Source: a virus
Taxonomy: Duplodnaviria; Caudoviricetes
DNA length: 64,000 nucleotides
Virus record (IMG/VR): IMGVR_UViG_3300037424_001387
Location: 539 to 64,538 of that record
Direction: 5' to 3' (one strand)
Shown here: one piece after another, positions 38,767 through 47,516 of the stretch
Numbering within the stretch: position 1 is the first letter of the stretch
Layout: each line of letters opens with the position of its first letter
Notes under the pieces: generated by a model
Database searches by the model: none
Told to the model about the DNA's origin: nothing
Seen by the model: only the letters and a program-made list of their open reading frames with translations
Program-made: the position numbers and the translations under genes

Positions 38767-40174
38767 TCGTCACTTTTGCTAATAATTGCGGCTGTTTGCC
38801 GGTTGTCTTTTGCAATCGCTCTAAAATTACGCCAATGTATTCGGCCTTTTGCTCAATCCCAAGTCCGCGCCGGCCCTCATTGTGAACCGCTACAATCGTT
38901 GTACCACTACCTAAAAATGGGTCAATCCAAACGTCACCGGGATCAGAATAGGCTTTGACAAAGAAGGATGGAAGGGCGACGGGGAATGACCCCGAGTGTC
39001 CAACCTCGGCCGAAGAAGCCGCCTTAATAACATTGGACGGCAACGCGCCATCATATTTATTTGACCTGACGTTATGCCCATTATAGCTTGACCCGTGGCT
39101 ACTTTTCCACTTACTACCGGGTCCACCGTAAGTATCCATTTTGTCTAAGTCGCTAGAAAACACCTGGGATACATTACCTGGGTTGAATTTACAATCAACT
39201 AATGACGCAAAGTGATAGACAGGCTCAAAGGCATTCTTGAATTTATTTTTCCATTCCCCCGGTACACCCTGGCTGTTCCAAATCAATTCGTCCACAAAAA
39301 ACCAACCAAACTGTCTAACCATTGAACAAACTAAATCAAAAACATAAAGCGATCTTTGCCCGTTTTCGCTATGCGCCTTGATATTAACAAAGAAACTACC
39401 ATTCCGTGCAAGGTTCGCCCTAACATTGGCCTGGACCGCTTCCCACCACTGGACATACTCCCCGGCCGGGACGCCGCCATACTGTTGCTTTCTTTGCTCA
39501 GCATAGGGGGGAGACGTAAAGACCCCGTTTATCTTATCGACTCCTGCCGCTTGTAACAGCCGCGCCCAAGTATCAGCTTCCCGACAATCACCACAAATAA
39601 CAAAGTGGTTGTCAATTTGCCAGACTTGGCCCGTTGCGGTTCCCCATTTTTGTCCAAGTTCGGCCGCCCGGTCAATTTCAGGTGGTACATCTTGTGGGGT
39701 ATCCCCATTCCCCCCAAGCAAGGCATCCCCCGCCGCCTCTAAAATCTCAGACAGTTCACTCGTGTCAAACAGGTCTGACAGGTCAAGCCCGGCTTCAAGG
39801 TCAGCGGCTAATTGCAGGGGGTCCCAATCGAGGGATACCTCGGCGCTTCTGTTGTCCTCGATTGCCAACAGCTTAGCTTCTTTGCTTCCCGGCTTAACAT
39901 CTACCCGTTTGTGAATAATCGTGATAGTACCATCTGACTCGATGACAAATACTTTTCCATCACCCAGACCAATATCTGCCGCCACTTCCATTGTGGACAG
40001 GTTGCCACCCAATACGGTTCCGTCATTGGCAGCAAAGGCAGGCCGAGCATAACCGCGCTGCTCCATCCCTTTTTGGACCATTGACCGGCCCCGGAGAGTA
40101 TGACGATTAGTGTTTGCCGAATCTGGCTTAAAATCGGCTATGTCAGCAATGTAAGTTTTTACATTATCGCTCAT
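38759..40174 (-). CDS. ParB-like domain + N4/N6 DNA methyltransferase fusion
   Basis: N-terminal KPDSANTNRH..DGTVLGGN..DNR; FTSPPY; HSGSFP; DPFLGSGT. Confidence 0.88.
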   Translation of the reverse strand: MSDNVKTYIADIADFKPDSANTNRHTLRGRSMVQKGMEQRGYARPAFAANDGTVLGGNLSTMEVAADIGLGDGKVFVIESDGTITIIHKRVDVKPGSKEAKLLAIEDNRSAEVSLDWDPLQLAADLEAGLDLSDLFDTSELSEILEAAGDALLGGNGDTPQDVPPEIDRAAELGQKWGTATGQVWQIDNHFVICGDCREADTWARLLQAAGVDKINGVFTSPPYAEQRKQQYGGVPAGEYVQWWEAVQANVRANLARNGSFFVNIKAHSENGQRSLYVFDLVCSMVRQFGWFFVDELIWNSQGVPGEWKNKFKNAFEPVYHFASLVDCKFNPGNVSQVFSSDLDKMDTYGGPGSKWKSSHGSSYNGHNVRSNKYDGALPSNVIKAASSAEVGHSGSFPVALPSFFVKAYSDPGDVWIDPFLGSGTTIVAVHNEGRRGLGIEQKAEYIGVILERLQKTTGKQPQLLAKVTNG

Positions 40175-40262
40175 CAGTAATAACCTTCAGATTACGAAGA
40201 TTGTGACGGCGTGGGTTTTTCTGGTCTTGTTTTAACTGACCGATGTGATTTACTTGTGTCAT
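40164..40262 (-). pseudogene. 32-aa remnant of a ParB-like N-terminus
   Basis: MTQVNHIGQLKQDQKNPRRHNLRNLKVITDER resembles the start of the downstream ParB-MTase. Confidence 0.5.
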
Positions 40263-40376
40263 CCCGATATTCCTCTGATTTTATCACGCACAAATTACTA
40301 GCCCCGCCGCCGGTAAAGATACAACACCGGCAGGCCCCGATATGACCGCGTGTGATTGCTGGGCAATTGGCTGCTG

Positions 40377-41021
40377 TCATCTTACCGGCCCGATATAAGC
40401 GAGCACATCAGCCATTTTGGATTCCAACAACTCAACCCGTTCTTCCAGGGTCAGTGTGACCGGCGGTTCTTCTTCTTCCGGTGGTTCACCGCTGCTTTGG
40501 GTTGCCTGGAAGATAGGCGACGGGTTAAAATGGTTCCAGGCCGCCAACCACCCAAAATTGTGGGCCATATCAGACAGATAGCGCCCATCGGGCGATGGTG
40601 ATACAACCCAAAACGAATCCGGGCCGCTTCCGTGCTCGTTGTAGTAACTACTGCCGCTATAGACAAACTCAACCGCGCCGAATTTATCACCGCCGGATTC
40701 AGTGATCCCGGCAATACCTCTGTTGCTGTAAATATCTGGGTCGTTGGGAAGAACAGGAGCGCCAGGCCAATGACGTACAATCCTTATCCCTGGGGCTGGA
40801 TTGCCAAAAGCGTCAAGGGCTGCGGCTCGGTAGATAACTACCCCCTCATTGATCGATACCCCGACGAATTTCCAGTACCATCCCCCGGCGGGTACAGCAT
40901 TCTCGCCGTGTGATTTCTCGATGCCAATCCCGAAGAGTTTGTTGGCCTGTGCCCAGGATGGATTACGAGGCAGAACAGATAATGAGCCAGCGTTACCACC
41001 TCGCCTATCGATTACTATCAT
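40377..41021 (-). CDS. Hypothetical protein, possibly cell-envelope related
   Basis: Trp/Gly-rich globular domain, acidic Pro linker, C-terminal TLEERVELLE coil. Confidence 0.6.
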   Translation of the reverse strand: MIVIDRRGGNAGSLSVLPRNPSWAQANKLFGIGIEKSHGENAVPAGGWYWKFVGVSINEGVVIYRAAALDAFGNPAPGIRIVRHWPGAPVLPNDPDIYSNRGIAGITESGGDKFGAVEFVYSGSSYYNEHGSGPDSFWVVSPSPDGRYLSDMAHNFGWLAAWNHFNPSPIFQATQSSGEPPEEEEPPVTLTLEERVELLESKMADVLAYIGPVR

Positions 41022-41025
41022 CTAC

Positions 41026-41241
41026 TTATCCTTTCGGCCAGTAATCACGCCGCAATATGTAACTATCGAAAAAGCCCTGTGCCTTTTCGGTATCTATCTT
41101 TAATATCTGGTAACGGCGGTCAAGTTCGCTCCTGTCGCCCGGTTTTGCTTGAATGATAGCGTCTATTAATTCGTTTAACTTTGTCGCTACCTCGTTGTCG
41201 GGGTGACTTTCTTCATCTTTTCTAACATCGGTTTCGTTCAT
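41026..41241 (-). CDS. Hypothetical protein
   Basis: AGGAG RBS. Confidence 0.6.
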   Translation of the reverse strand: MNETDVRKDEESHPDNEVATKLNELIDAIIQAKPGDRSELDRRYQILKIDTEKAQGFFDSYILRRDYWPKG

Positions 41242-41264
41242 TTTTGCTCCTTGAATTGCACATA

Positions 41265-41570
41265 CTAAACCATAACAACTTCTCTTGTCTCATACAGCCG
41301 CGCATCTCTGCCGGCCCGAACCAGTTCCCAATATACTTCCATCGCCTTGACTTTGTCATCCCCTTCGTGGGCGATAAACGACAACCGGCCCATCTTGGAG
41401 ATAATGACGAAATGGTTAAAACCAAGTTTGGGGTTAAAGTCTACCTTTACCGGCCCCGTGCCATTGGTTAAAGAATCAAGGTCAACCCGCCCCCCGGTCG
41501 TTTCCGGTTCCCTGATAAATTCATCCCCGCCGGTTACGCTGTCGTTAAAGTTACCACCGCTTGTTGTCAT
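41265..41570 (-). CDS. Hypothetical protein (start MTTSGG)
   Basis: AGGA RBS; overlaps end of upstream gene. Confidence 0.5.
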   Translation of the reverse strand: MTTSGGNFNDSVTGGDEFIREPETTGGRVDLDSLTNGTGPVKVDFNPKLGFNHFVIISKMGRLSFIAHEGDDKVKAMEVYWELVRAGRDARLYETREVVMV

Positions 41571-42039
41571 TTGGTCCTGTCTTTTGCCACAACTCCCAAA
41601 GGGTCCGCAAAAAATAAACGTCTTTGTCAGAGATATTAAATCTCTTTTGCCGCATTTGCCAGATTTTATCGGTGTCCTGTTCGGTATCCAACCCCAAACG
41701 GGCCGCTTCCCAATCACATAACATCTCGATAATATCAATCAGTGACATATCACCGAGGCCGCCCGGCCAGTACTCCGGGTGATGGGGATTTCTTGACTGA
41801 TGCAGTTTAACGGCGTCTGTTTTTGCGCCGTCCTCGTAATTTTTAGACCCGTATTCCTCTCGCTGATGGTTGCGCCTGGCATCTAACTGGCAAAACCCAC
41901 TAAACTCATCCGGGCTAAATTTACTGATATCGTGGATATCTGCCCTGTCTTCTAGTTGCCGGGCAATTTGTCGAAGGAAAAAAGACACCAACCTTGTGTG
42001 TTTAATTATTTTGATGATGGTAAAAATTTCGTCATTCAT
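41551..42039 (-). CDS. DUF5662-family (HD-like) protein
   Basis: HDISKFSPDEF, HQSRNPHHPEYW, DIIEMLCDW. Confidence 0.8.
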   Translation of the reverse strand: MNDEIFTIIKIIKHTRLVSFFLRQIARQLEDRADIHDISKFSPDEFSGFCQLDARRNHQREEYGSKNYEDGAKTDAVKLHQSRNPHHPEYWPGGLGDMSLIDIIEMLCDWEAARLGLDTEQDTDKIWQMRQKRFNISDKDVYFLRTLWELWQKTGPNDNKRW

Positions 42040-42502
42040 TGCCCGCGTCCTCCAACGCCTGTATTAATGCTTCCCTCCGTGCTATCGGCAGTTGCCGGGC
42101 TGCTTCGGTCAACTTTACCAGGTCAACTATCTCCAATATGTGTCGGATGCTTGGCGCATCATTTTGCAACCACACGTCAAGGTTTTGGATGACCGTCCGC
42201 GCCCCGGCTGTCTGATCTGCCAGCCGCTCAAACTCTCTCATACTGGCACGTTGATCGCTCACTAAGTGCTCTTGAGCCATTGTTAAATCAGTCGAGTTTG
42301 CTAGTGCCTGGCTGACAATCTCCCCTAAGTCGGCAAGGGCAGCGTGGGCAAGTACCATTTTAGCAAGTAGCCGTTTTGTTACATCGTGTTCAGCTTGCAC
42401 GGCCTCAACTGCCTCACTAATACCAGGGACGAGGTTTCTGATTCGGTCAAGGATCGCCCGCTCATCATTACTATGTTTTGTCGTCACCGGCCCCTCCATC
42501 AA
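42032..42502 (-). CDS. Hypothetical helical protein
   Basis: Coupled ORF. Confidence 0.55.
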   Translation of the reverse strand: MMEGPVTTKHSNDERAILDRIRNLVPGISEAVEAVQAEHDVTKRLLAKMVLAHAALADLGEIVSQALANSTDLTMAQEHLVSDQRASMREFERLADQTAGARTVIQNLDVWLQNDAPSIRHILEIVDLVKLTEAARQLPIARREALIQALEDAGNE

Positions 42503-42944
42503 GTATCTTTTTCGCCCTTCTGAGTGTCAATTCTCGACCTATCATTTTTATTGCCAGACTTAGCCGACGAAGGGCCGGATCGCCTTTTGCAACCCTAAAG
42601 AACAAACCCAGGTAACCCAGCAACCTGGCCTTATCCTGGTCAAAAGCTATCCATAAATCAAACAATATGCTTTCGTCGTAATTCATCGGCAGGAGATTGT
42701 ATTTGTACAAATCAAGCCAAGATAACGGCCGGTCGTAAATGATAAAACCCTGGGCAACTCTGTTATCGTTTGGGTCATCTTGCCTTAAAAACCTTTTTGG
42801 CTCATCGTATGCTTCCCACCTGATAGCGTGTTCTGGCGCAATGGGGGGGGAGTGCATTTTTTCGAGTAGATAGTAGGGATACCTATCTTTGCCCGGTTCA
42901 TTCGGGTCTATTAATACCCCAACCTGTTTTTGTTCCTTGCCCAT
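42471..42944 (-). CDS. Hypothetical protein
   Basis: GGGGAG RBS. Confidence 0.6.
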   Translation of the reverse strand: MGKEQKQVGVLIDPNEPGKDRYPYYLLEKMHSPPIAPEHAIRWEAYDEPKRFLRQDDPNDNRVAQGFIIYDRPLSWLDLYKYNLLPMNYDESILFDLWIAFDQDKARLLGYLGLFFRVAKGDPALRRLSLAIKMIGRELTLRRAKKILDGGAGDDKT

Positions 42945-43479
42945 CGCTCCCCCTTAGCGATTCGTCCAGCTCTTTTAACGCCTGCTTCTCTACCTCGATT
43001 TGGTTGAGCAAATCTAATGGCGGGTCCATTCCGTGTAGGGCCGCCTGCTCATTTAGTACAACCAGGTTCCGGGTGTGAATCCTTATCAGCTTGCGCCGGT
43101 CCGTTTCTTTTAGGGCAATTTCGGCCTCTAAGTCTTCCATTGCCTCTCTTACTTTTACCGGGCTTTTTTCCGACAGTAAAAGTAATAGAATATCGCTTGC
43201 CCGTTCTAGCCAGGCTTCAAGTTCATTGATTCTTTGATCGATGCGCTTAATGTCTTGGAATGCCTGCTCTATCTGTGGTACAAGACCTGTCACCTTTTCG
43301 TTTGTGTCAAAAGCCACCCTGGCTCGTAGTATTTCCGCTTGCCGGCCGCGCTGTAATTCGTTCAGCGTTTTCTCTGCAAGGTCGTTTTGTCGGCGTAATT
43401 CCTCAGCCGTTGCCCGTTCGGCCTCGATCTGTCGCCTGAGCGTTTCGATAATTTCCAGGTGGTTAGGGTTGGTTTCCAA
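42898..43479 (-). CDS. Coiled-coil protein
   Basis: Heptad pattern; C-terminal LNEQAALHGMDPPLDLLNQIE resembles a helical motif common in Chloroflexota proteins. Confidence 0.6.
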   Translation of the reverse strand: METNPNHLEIIETLRRQIEAERATAEELRRQNDLAEKTLNELQRGRQAEILRARVAFDTNEKVTGLVPQIEQAFQDIKRIDQRINELEAWLERASDILLLLLSEKSPVKVREAMEDLEAEIALKETDRRKLIRIHTRNLVVLNEQAALHGMDPPLDLLNQIEVEKQALKELDESLRGSDGQGTKTGWGINRPE

Positions 43480-43497
43480 GACATTTTTAAGGAACGA

Positions 43498-43788
43498 TTA
43501 CCTGGACTTGGCCGGGCCGGTTTTACTCAACTGATAGACGCCAGACGAGGCCAAAAAAATAGCCGTTGCAAAAACAACGACTTTGGTAATTTCGGTATAA
43601 ACCGGATACTGTTGCAAAAACCCGACCACCAAATAGGCCATAACTGATAACGCGCCGTTTAAGTATGGCGCGTATTGTTTGGGTACACCCAACAGCTTAC
43701 CCAACGCAACCAGGCCGATGATTATCCCGACCAATGGTATACCCCCGACTGTCAAGTTCCCGATTAAGACCGAAATCTCATTTTCCAT
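43498..43788 (-). CDS. Putative holin
   Basis: 96 aa, three hydrophobic segments, basic C-terminus; first gene after promoter. Confidence 0.6.
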   Translation of the reverse strand: MENEISVLIGNLTVGGIPLVGIIIGLVALGKLLGVPKQYAPYLNGALSVMAYLVVGFLQQYPVYTEITKVVVFATAIFLASSGVYQLSKTGPAKSR

Positions 43789-43831
43789 TTGACACCTCGT
43801 TCTGATAGGTCCTAAAATTCAAGTTATGAAC

Positions 43832-43860
43832 ATTATAAATCTATATCCTGTCAATGTCAA
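43832..43860 (-). promoter_or_regulatory. Sigma70 promoter for holin/packaging genes
   Basis: TTGACA-17nt-TATAAT. Confidence 0.85.
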
Positions 43861-43909
43861 TCAGTTGACGGAACAGAGCATATTTTAAGGTTGAGATTGA
43901 CAAAAGGTA

Positions 43910-43938
43910 TTGACAAAAAGCTAACGATAGGTTATAAT
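43910..43938 (+). promoter_or_regulatory. Sigma70 promoter, cassette A
   Basis: TTGACA-17nt-TATAAT, divergent from 43832-43860. Confidence 0.88.
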
Positions 43939-43979
43939 TAGGTATCAAAGTTAACCAGTTAGTTACACAGGAGATTAAA

Positions 43980-44228
43980 ATGAATGCTCAACAGCAAATG
44001 ATCGAATATGCCAAAAGTAAAATGAGCGCCAATAGCACGCTCACCCCAGAACAGTGGTGCGGCAAGATGATTACCGAAGGCATCGTGATTAGCCGGGATG
44101 CTGGCGATATGGTAGTGGCGAAGGCCAGCCGGCAAGGGCAGGCAATTGTCATCACCGAAACCACCAAAGCCGAAAAGTTACACGGCATCGAAGAAACCAC
44201 AGTCGAAGTGATGCGGATCAACCTCTAA
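43980..44228 (+). CDS. Hypothetical early protein
   Basis: AGGAG RBS after promoter. Confidence 0.7.
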   Translation: MNAQQQMIEYAKSKMSANSTLTPEQWCGKMITEGIVISRDAGDMVVAKASRQGQAIVITETTKAEKLHGIEETTVEVMRINL

Positions 44229-44276
44229 AAATATCAGCCCAGCCGGTCGGGCCGTATGCCGGCAGAAAGGCAACCA

Positions 44277-44705
44277 ATGAAAAAGGTAATAATCCTTCAG
44301 AAGCAGAGCAACAGCGGCAGTATCCACGATATCGCCTCCGATCTGTATGATCGAGAGATTAGATTCCCCAAAGGTAAAAAGTTTGCCGTTGTCCTTGCCA
44401 GCTACTACGGTGATTACTATACTGTCCACGCCACCGAACAAGCCGCTATTCAGGCAAGCCGGCGAAAGAACGAGTATAGTCGGCAGATTATCGGGGTGGA
44501 TGGCTGGCCTTACGTGGTAGACAAGTCGCGTAGTTTCGACGGTGAGTTAATCCGAGACCCGGACTACCGGGGGCCTTACAACGTACTGGATTTTGAGGAA
44601 GTTACCCAAGCCGCTGCCGCTCTTGGCTCTGTCCGCTCTGAGGCAAAGGCTGAATCCAGCCGGGCCAATGGGGCTAAAGGGGGACGGCCCCGGAACGTTA
44701 AGTAA
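44277..44705 (+). CDS. Hypothetical protein with basic C-terminal AAALG..KAESSRANGAKGGRP motif
   Basis: AGAAAGG RBS before MKKVII; common phage DNA-binding tail motif. Confidence 0.7.
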   Translation: MKKVIILQKQSNSGSIHDIASDLYDREIRFPKGKKFAVVLASYYGDYYTVHATEQAAIQASRRKNEYSRQIIGVDGWPYVVDKSRSFDGELIRDPDYRGPYNVLDFEEVTQAAAALGSVRSEAKAESSRANGAKGGRPRNVK

Positions 44706-44719
44706 GCTACCGTCCCAAC

Positions 44720-44752
44720 AAAAAAAGACCCGGCTATATGTCGGGTCTTTTT
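44720..44752. terminator. Bidirectional terminator
   Basis: A7-GACCCG/CGGGTC-T5 between convergent genes. Confidence 0.85.
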
Positions 44753-44781
44753 GATTCTGCTTTAACCTATAACCTACTGCG

Positions 44782-45489
44782 TCATACGTACAACCTCGCT
44801 TCAGGGTATTTTGCCGCATAGGCATTAAACAAATCAGGCCAGCCGCGCTTAAGGATTGTCAGTTGTCCATACCCTAAAACCCCTTCAACCGCAAATGGTC
44901 CGATCCTCTGCTGCTCTAACGGTATCCCGATTTCTTCCATCTTGTCGTAAGCCCGATTGTAATCCAGGCCGGTCGAATGGATATAGGCCCATACATCGCA
45001 ACAGGTCCATTGCCATATTGGATTGCAGTGCCAAAAGTCATCGGATTGAGCAAAAAACAGCGGACCAAATTTACGCAGATGAAAAAGACGGCGGGTGTTT
45101 TCATCCTGGCGCAACCCCAAAAATACCAGGTCCATATTGTGGACCCTGGCATAATGAGGTATGCCGTCCCAATCCCCTGCCACTTGGAACCATTCAGCGT
45201 GCCAAGCATTAGTCCGAATCTGGCGGACATCAAGCCCGGTTGTCTGTAGCCGTTGTACATACTCCAACGATTCGGGCAAAAACCATTCATCATCAGACCA
45301 GATGGCCGGCGTGTTTTTTGCCTGCTCACATACCAGGCCATAGACAACGGTCGAGTCCTTGCCGGTTGATAGGGCAACGTATGGCGAGTTGCTTTTTTGC
45401 AATGCCTCACTAACTACCCGCCGGGCCTGCTCAAGCCGGCGCTTAAAAAGGTTGGTTTTTGAGTGCAGGGCGGCTATCTCATTTCTCAT
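44782..45489 (-). CDS. cysH: CysH/PAPS-reductase-like protein of type IV-B CRISPR-Cas
   Basis: VALSTGKDSTV PP-loop, FLGLRQDEN..R, CNPIWQWT..DVWAYI, DYNRAYD. Confidence 0.88.
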   Translation of the reverse strand: MRNEIAALHSKTNLFKRRLEQARRVVSEALQKSNSPYVALSTGKDSTVVYGLVCEQAKNTPAIWSDDEWFLPESLEYVQRLQTTGLDVRQIRTNAWHAEWFQVAGDWDGIPHYARVHNMDLVFLGLRQDENTRRLFHLRKFGPLFFAQSDDFWHCNPIWQWTCCDVWAYIHSTGLDYNRAYDKMEEIGIPLEQQRIGPFAVEGVLGYGQLTILKRGWPDLFNAYAAKYPEARLYV

Positions 45490-46172
45490 TCTGGCATCAC
45501 CAATGGGACTTGATTCGATTGCCGCCAGTAAGACGGCCTGATACCGTAAGTGCCGATATTAAAGCCGCCCTTGTACCCGGCTATATCATCAAATGGCACA
45601 CCGCGCATCAGTCGCCCGTCTTTCCACACTGACCAATCTTCCGGCGCTGCCTCAATTTGCCAGCGATAGACCCGTCCCCACCCCTGGCTATATTTTTTGC
45701 CAAGATGGGTAACTGTGCTGAGTAGATATTCAATTTCCGCTCTATTCCCAACACAGTACCATTCAACCCATTCAGCGACCCGGTAAAAAATCGTCATATG
45801 ATAAGCCTTGTACTGACCTGCCTCTATGACAACTTTGCCTCGTTTATCTCTAAAATCTACCAACCCAGAAAGACCGTTGTCAAAACGTTTGTTCCAATGG
45901 TCCTGGCCTTCGGTTGCGCCCCGTGCCCATTGCGCCCAGGAACATCGATAATACCAGTTGTCCTGACCCTGCCGGGCAATAGCCAGGGGCAGCATTTCCG
46001 TTCGGTTGGGACTGCTCACACTCCCGCCCGGTATGGTCGATTCTTGCGCCCCGTATTTCTCCCGGTGAGCCTGATAAAGCAAAACACCATCCAACGGCAA
46101 CCACCTGTCAGATACCACCCCGCAACGTAACCAGGCCCGAATATGGAGCGGTTGGTAATCAGGTGAGTCCAT
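45486..46172 (-). CDS. csf3: Type IV Cas5-like RAMP Csf3
   Basis: PLHIRAWL..LPLDGVL, HWNKRFD, GQYKAYH, WYCVGN..IEYLL..LGKK..GWGRV, GIRPSYW. Confidence 0.85.
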   Translation of the reverse strand: MDSPDYQPLHIRAWLRCGVVSDRWLPLDGVLLYQAHREKYGAQESTIPGGSVSSPNRTEMLPLAIARQGQDNWYYRCSWAQWARGATEGQDHWNKRFDNGLSGLVDFRDKRGKVVIEAGQYKAYHMTIFYRVAEWVEWYCVGNRAEIEYLLSTVTHLGKKYSQGWGRVYRWQIEAAPEDWSVWKDGRLMRGVPFDDIAGYKGGFNIGTYGIRPSYWRQSNQVPLVMPE

Positions 46173-47133
46173 TGATTAATCTCCTAATTTCATCGGCCCG
46201 GCCGGTCAGATGTTGCATATAGTGACTCCCAAGCGGTGTATCTACCGCTTGACCGGCGGGGGCAATCCTGGGATCGACCTCAATCCAATTATCAAACTTG
46301 ATCGACACCTTGCCGTGTCCAACCCCGCTTTTGCCGCCGATGTACGGGAACCGGCTAAATTCAGCCAGGGTAACGGCGAAGGCATCAAACTCAATCGGGG
46401 TTACATCATCAAGAGTGACATCCCAAAATAACTCCGTGCCGGCGGCCAGGGTTTCGATAAAGTATCTCATTTGCTGCTTCTGTCCGGTTTCGCCAGCAAC
46501 ATCGGCTTTTGTCCCACTTTTAGCCCGCTCAACACGAGCTTTGTCTTCCAAAACACCCCGCACATCAGGGGCAATCAGTTGGCGCAAGTTTTCATTTTTC
46601 TCATCATCCCGGCGGGTATAGGCTTCCTCTTGCACCATTTCCCAAATCGACCGGCTACCATTTCCACCACCAAACCGGGGCGGCAACAGGTGGACCGTCT
46701 CATCACAAATTGGTATCCCCTTGCCGACCTTAACTTTTCCGGGCATTATCTGGTGGCCCATTGCTCCCCCAAATAGAGCAACCAAGGGGATTAATTCCCG
46801 CCACCGCCGGGCCTCGTCAATATCAATTCCCTTCCCAGAAACCTTTGTCAAAGCCCCTCCGCTGAACAAAAAATAAAAAGCCGGTAGAGACAACCCCCTG
46901 ACTTCCCCGCTCTCCTCGTCCACCCCATACCCCAGGGTCCGTAACATATGGAGCATCCCTCGATCCCTCAGAATCCCACGCAGGCTATTGCCTGAGATAA
47001 TTGGTATTTCTTCGACCCCGGCCGGCGCAACAATCTTCTCCCTTCGCAGCCGGGACGAAACGCCGTAGGACTCTCCGATATGGCTCACCGAAGAGAGGCA
47101 TGTCATTACGCCTTCAAAAATGTAAGTTTTCAT
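46159..47133 (-). CDS. csf2: Type IV Cas7-like RAMP Csf2
   Basis: SSVSHIGE, PIISGNSLRGILRD, FLFSGGAL, P..ALFGG, YTRRDD, G-rich loop IGGKSGVGHG. Confidence 0.92.
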   Translation of the reverse strand: MKTYIFEGVMTCLSSVSHIGESYGVSSRLRREKIVAPAGVEEIPIISGNSLRGILRDRGMLHMLRTLGYGVDEESGEVRGLSLPAFYFLFSGGALTKVSGKGIDIDEARRWRELIPLVALFGGAMGHQIMPGKVKVGKGIPICDETVHLLPPRFGGGNGSRSIWEMVQEEAYTRRDDEKNENLRQLIAPDVRGVLEDKARVERAKSGTKADVAGETGQKQQMRYFIETLAAGTELFWDVTLDDVTPIEFDAFAVTLAEFSRFPYIGGKSGVGHGKVSIKFDNWIEVDPRIAPAGQAVDTPLGSHYMQHLTGRADEIRRLINGLT

Positions 47134-47516
47134 TCCGTTTCAATCTCCGTTATCGTGGTAAATAAATCACTTGTGGCCTGGCGTTCTTCCCAGGCTTCCC
47201 GCCGCTCCTGGTTGCGGACCCGGACCATTAAAACTATCAAGGTCGTTTCATCCCGGTACAGCCGTAAAAGCTGCCTGTCGTGCCCGCTGTTTAGAATTTC
47301 TTCGGCACGACGTGTATCATCGCCTTTGATCTGGCTATTCAGTTTCAAACAAGCTGAGTTGACGAACTTCCCCAAGTTGTCGGTGTACGCGCTCGCCCTC
47401 ACCGTGTTCTCGAACTGCTCCCAAATCGTCTGGCGGTAACGGCTCTTGTACTCGCTGCCTATCCCCTTCCATAGGATTTCTAGCAGGTCTGCCGCCGTCT
47501 CCCTCATTTTCTCCAT
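47130..47516 (-). CDS. cas11: Cas11-like small subunit
   Basis: 128-aa helical protein between csf1 and csf2; IWEQFEN.VRASA..L.KFVNSACLKL. Confidence 0.75.
   Translation of the reverse strand: MEKMRETAADLLEILWKGIGSEYKSRYRQTIWEQFENTVRASAYTDNLGKFVNSACLKLNSQIKGDDTRRAEEILNSGHDRQLLRLYRDETTLIVLMVRVRNQERREAWEERQATSDLFTTITEIETE

Noticed and set aside
15000-40000. Long plus-strand ORFs antisense to structural genes (e.g. 16347-16931, 19895-20521, 27420-28193)
   Set aside because: Shadow ORFs of well-supported minus-strand genes, with no RBS or recognisable motifs
44782-45489. CysH as a sulfate-assimilation auxiliary metabolic gene or a Dnd phosphorothioation component
   Set aside because: No other cys or dnd genes; direct coupling to csf3 matches the type IV-B context
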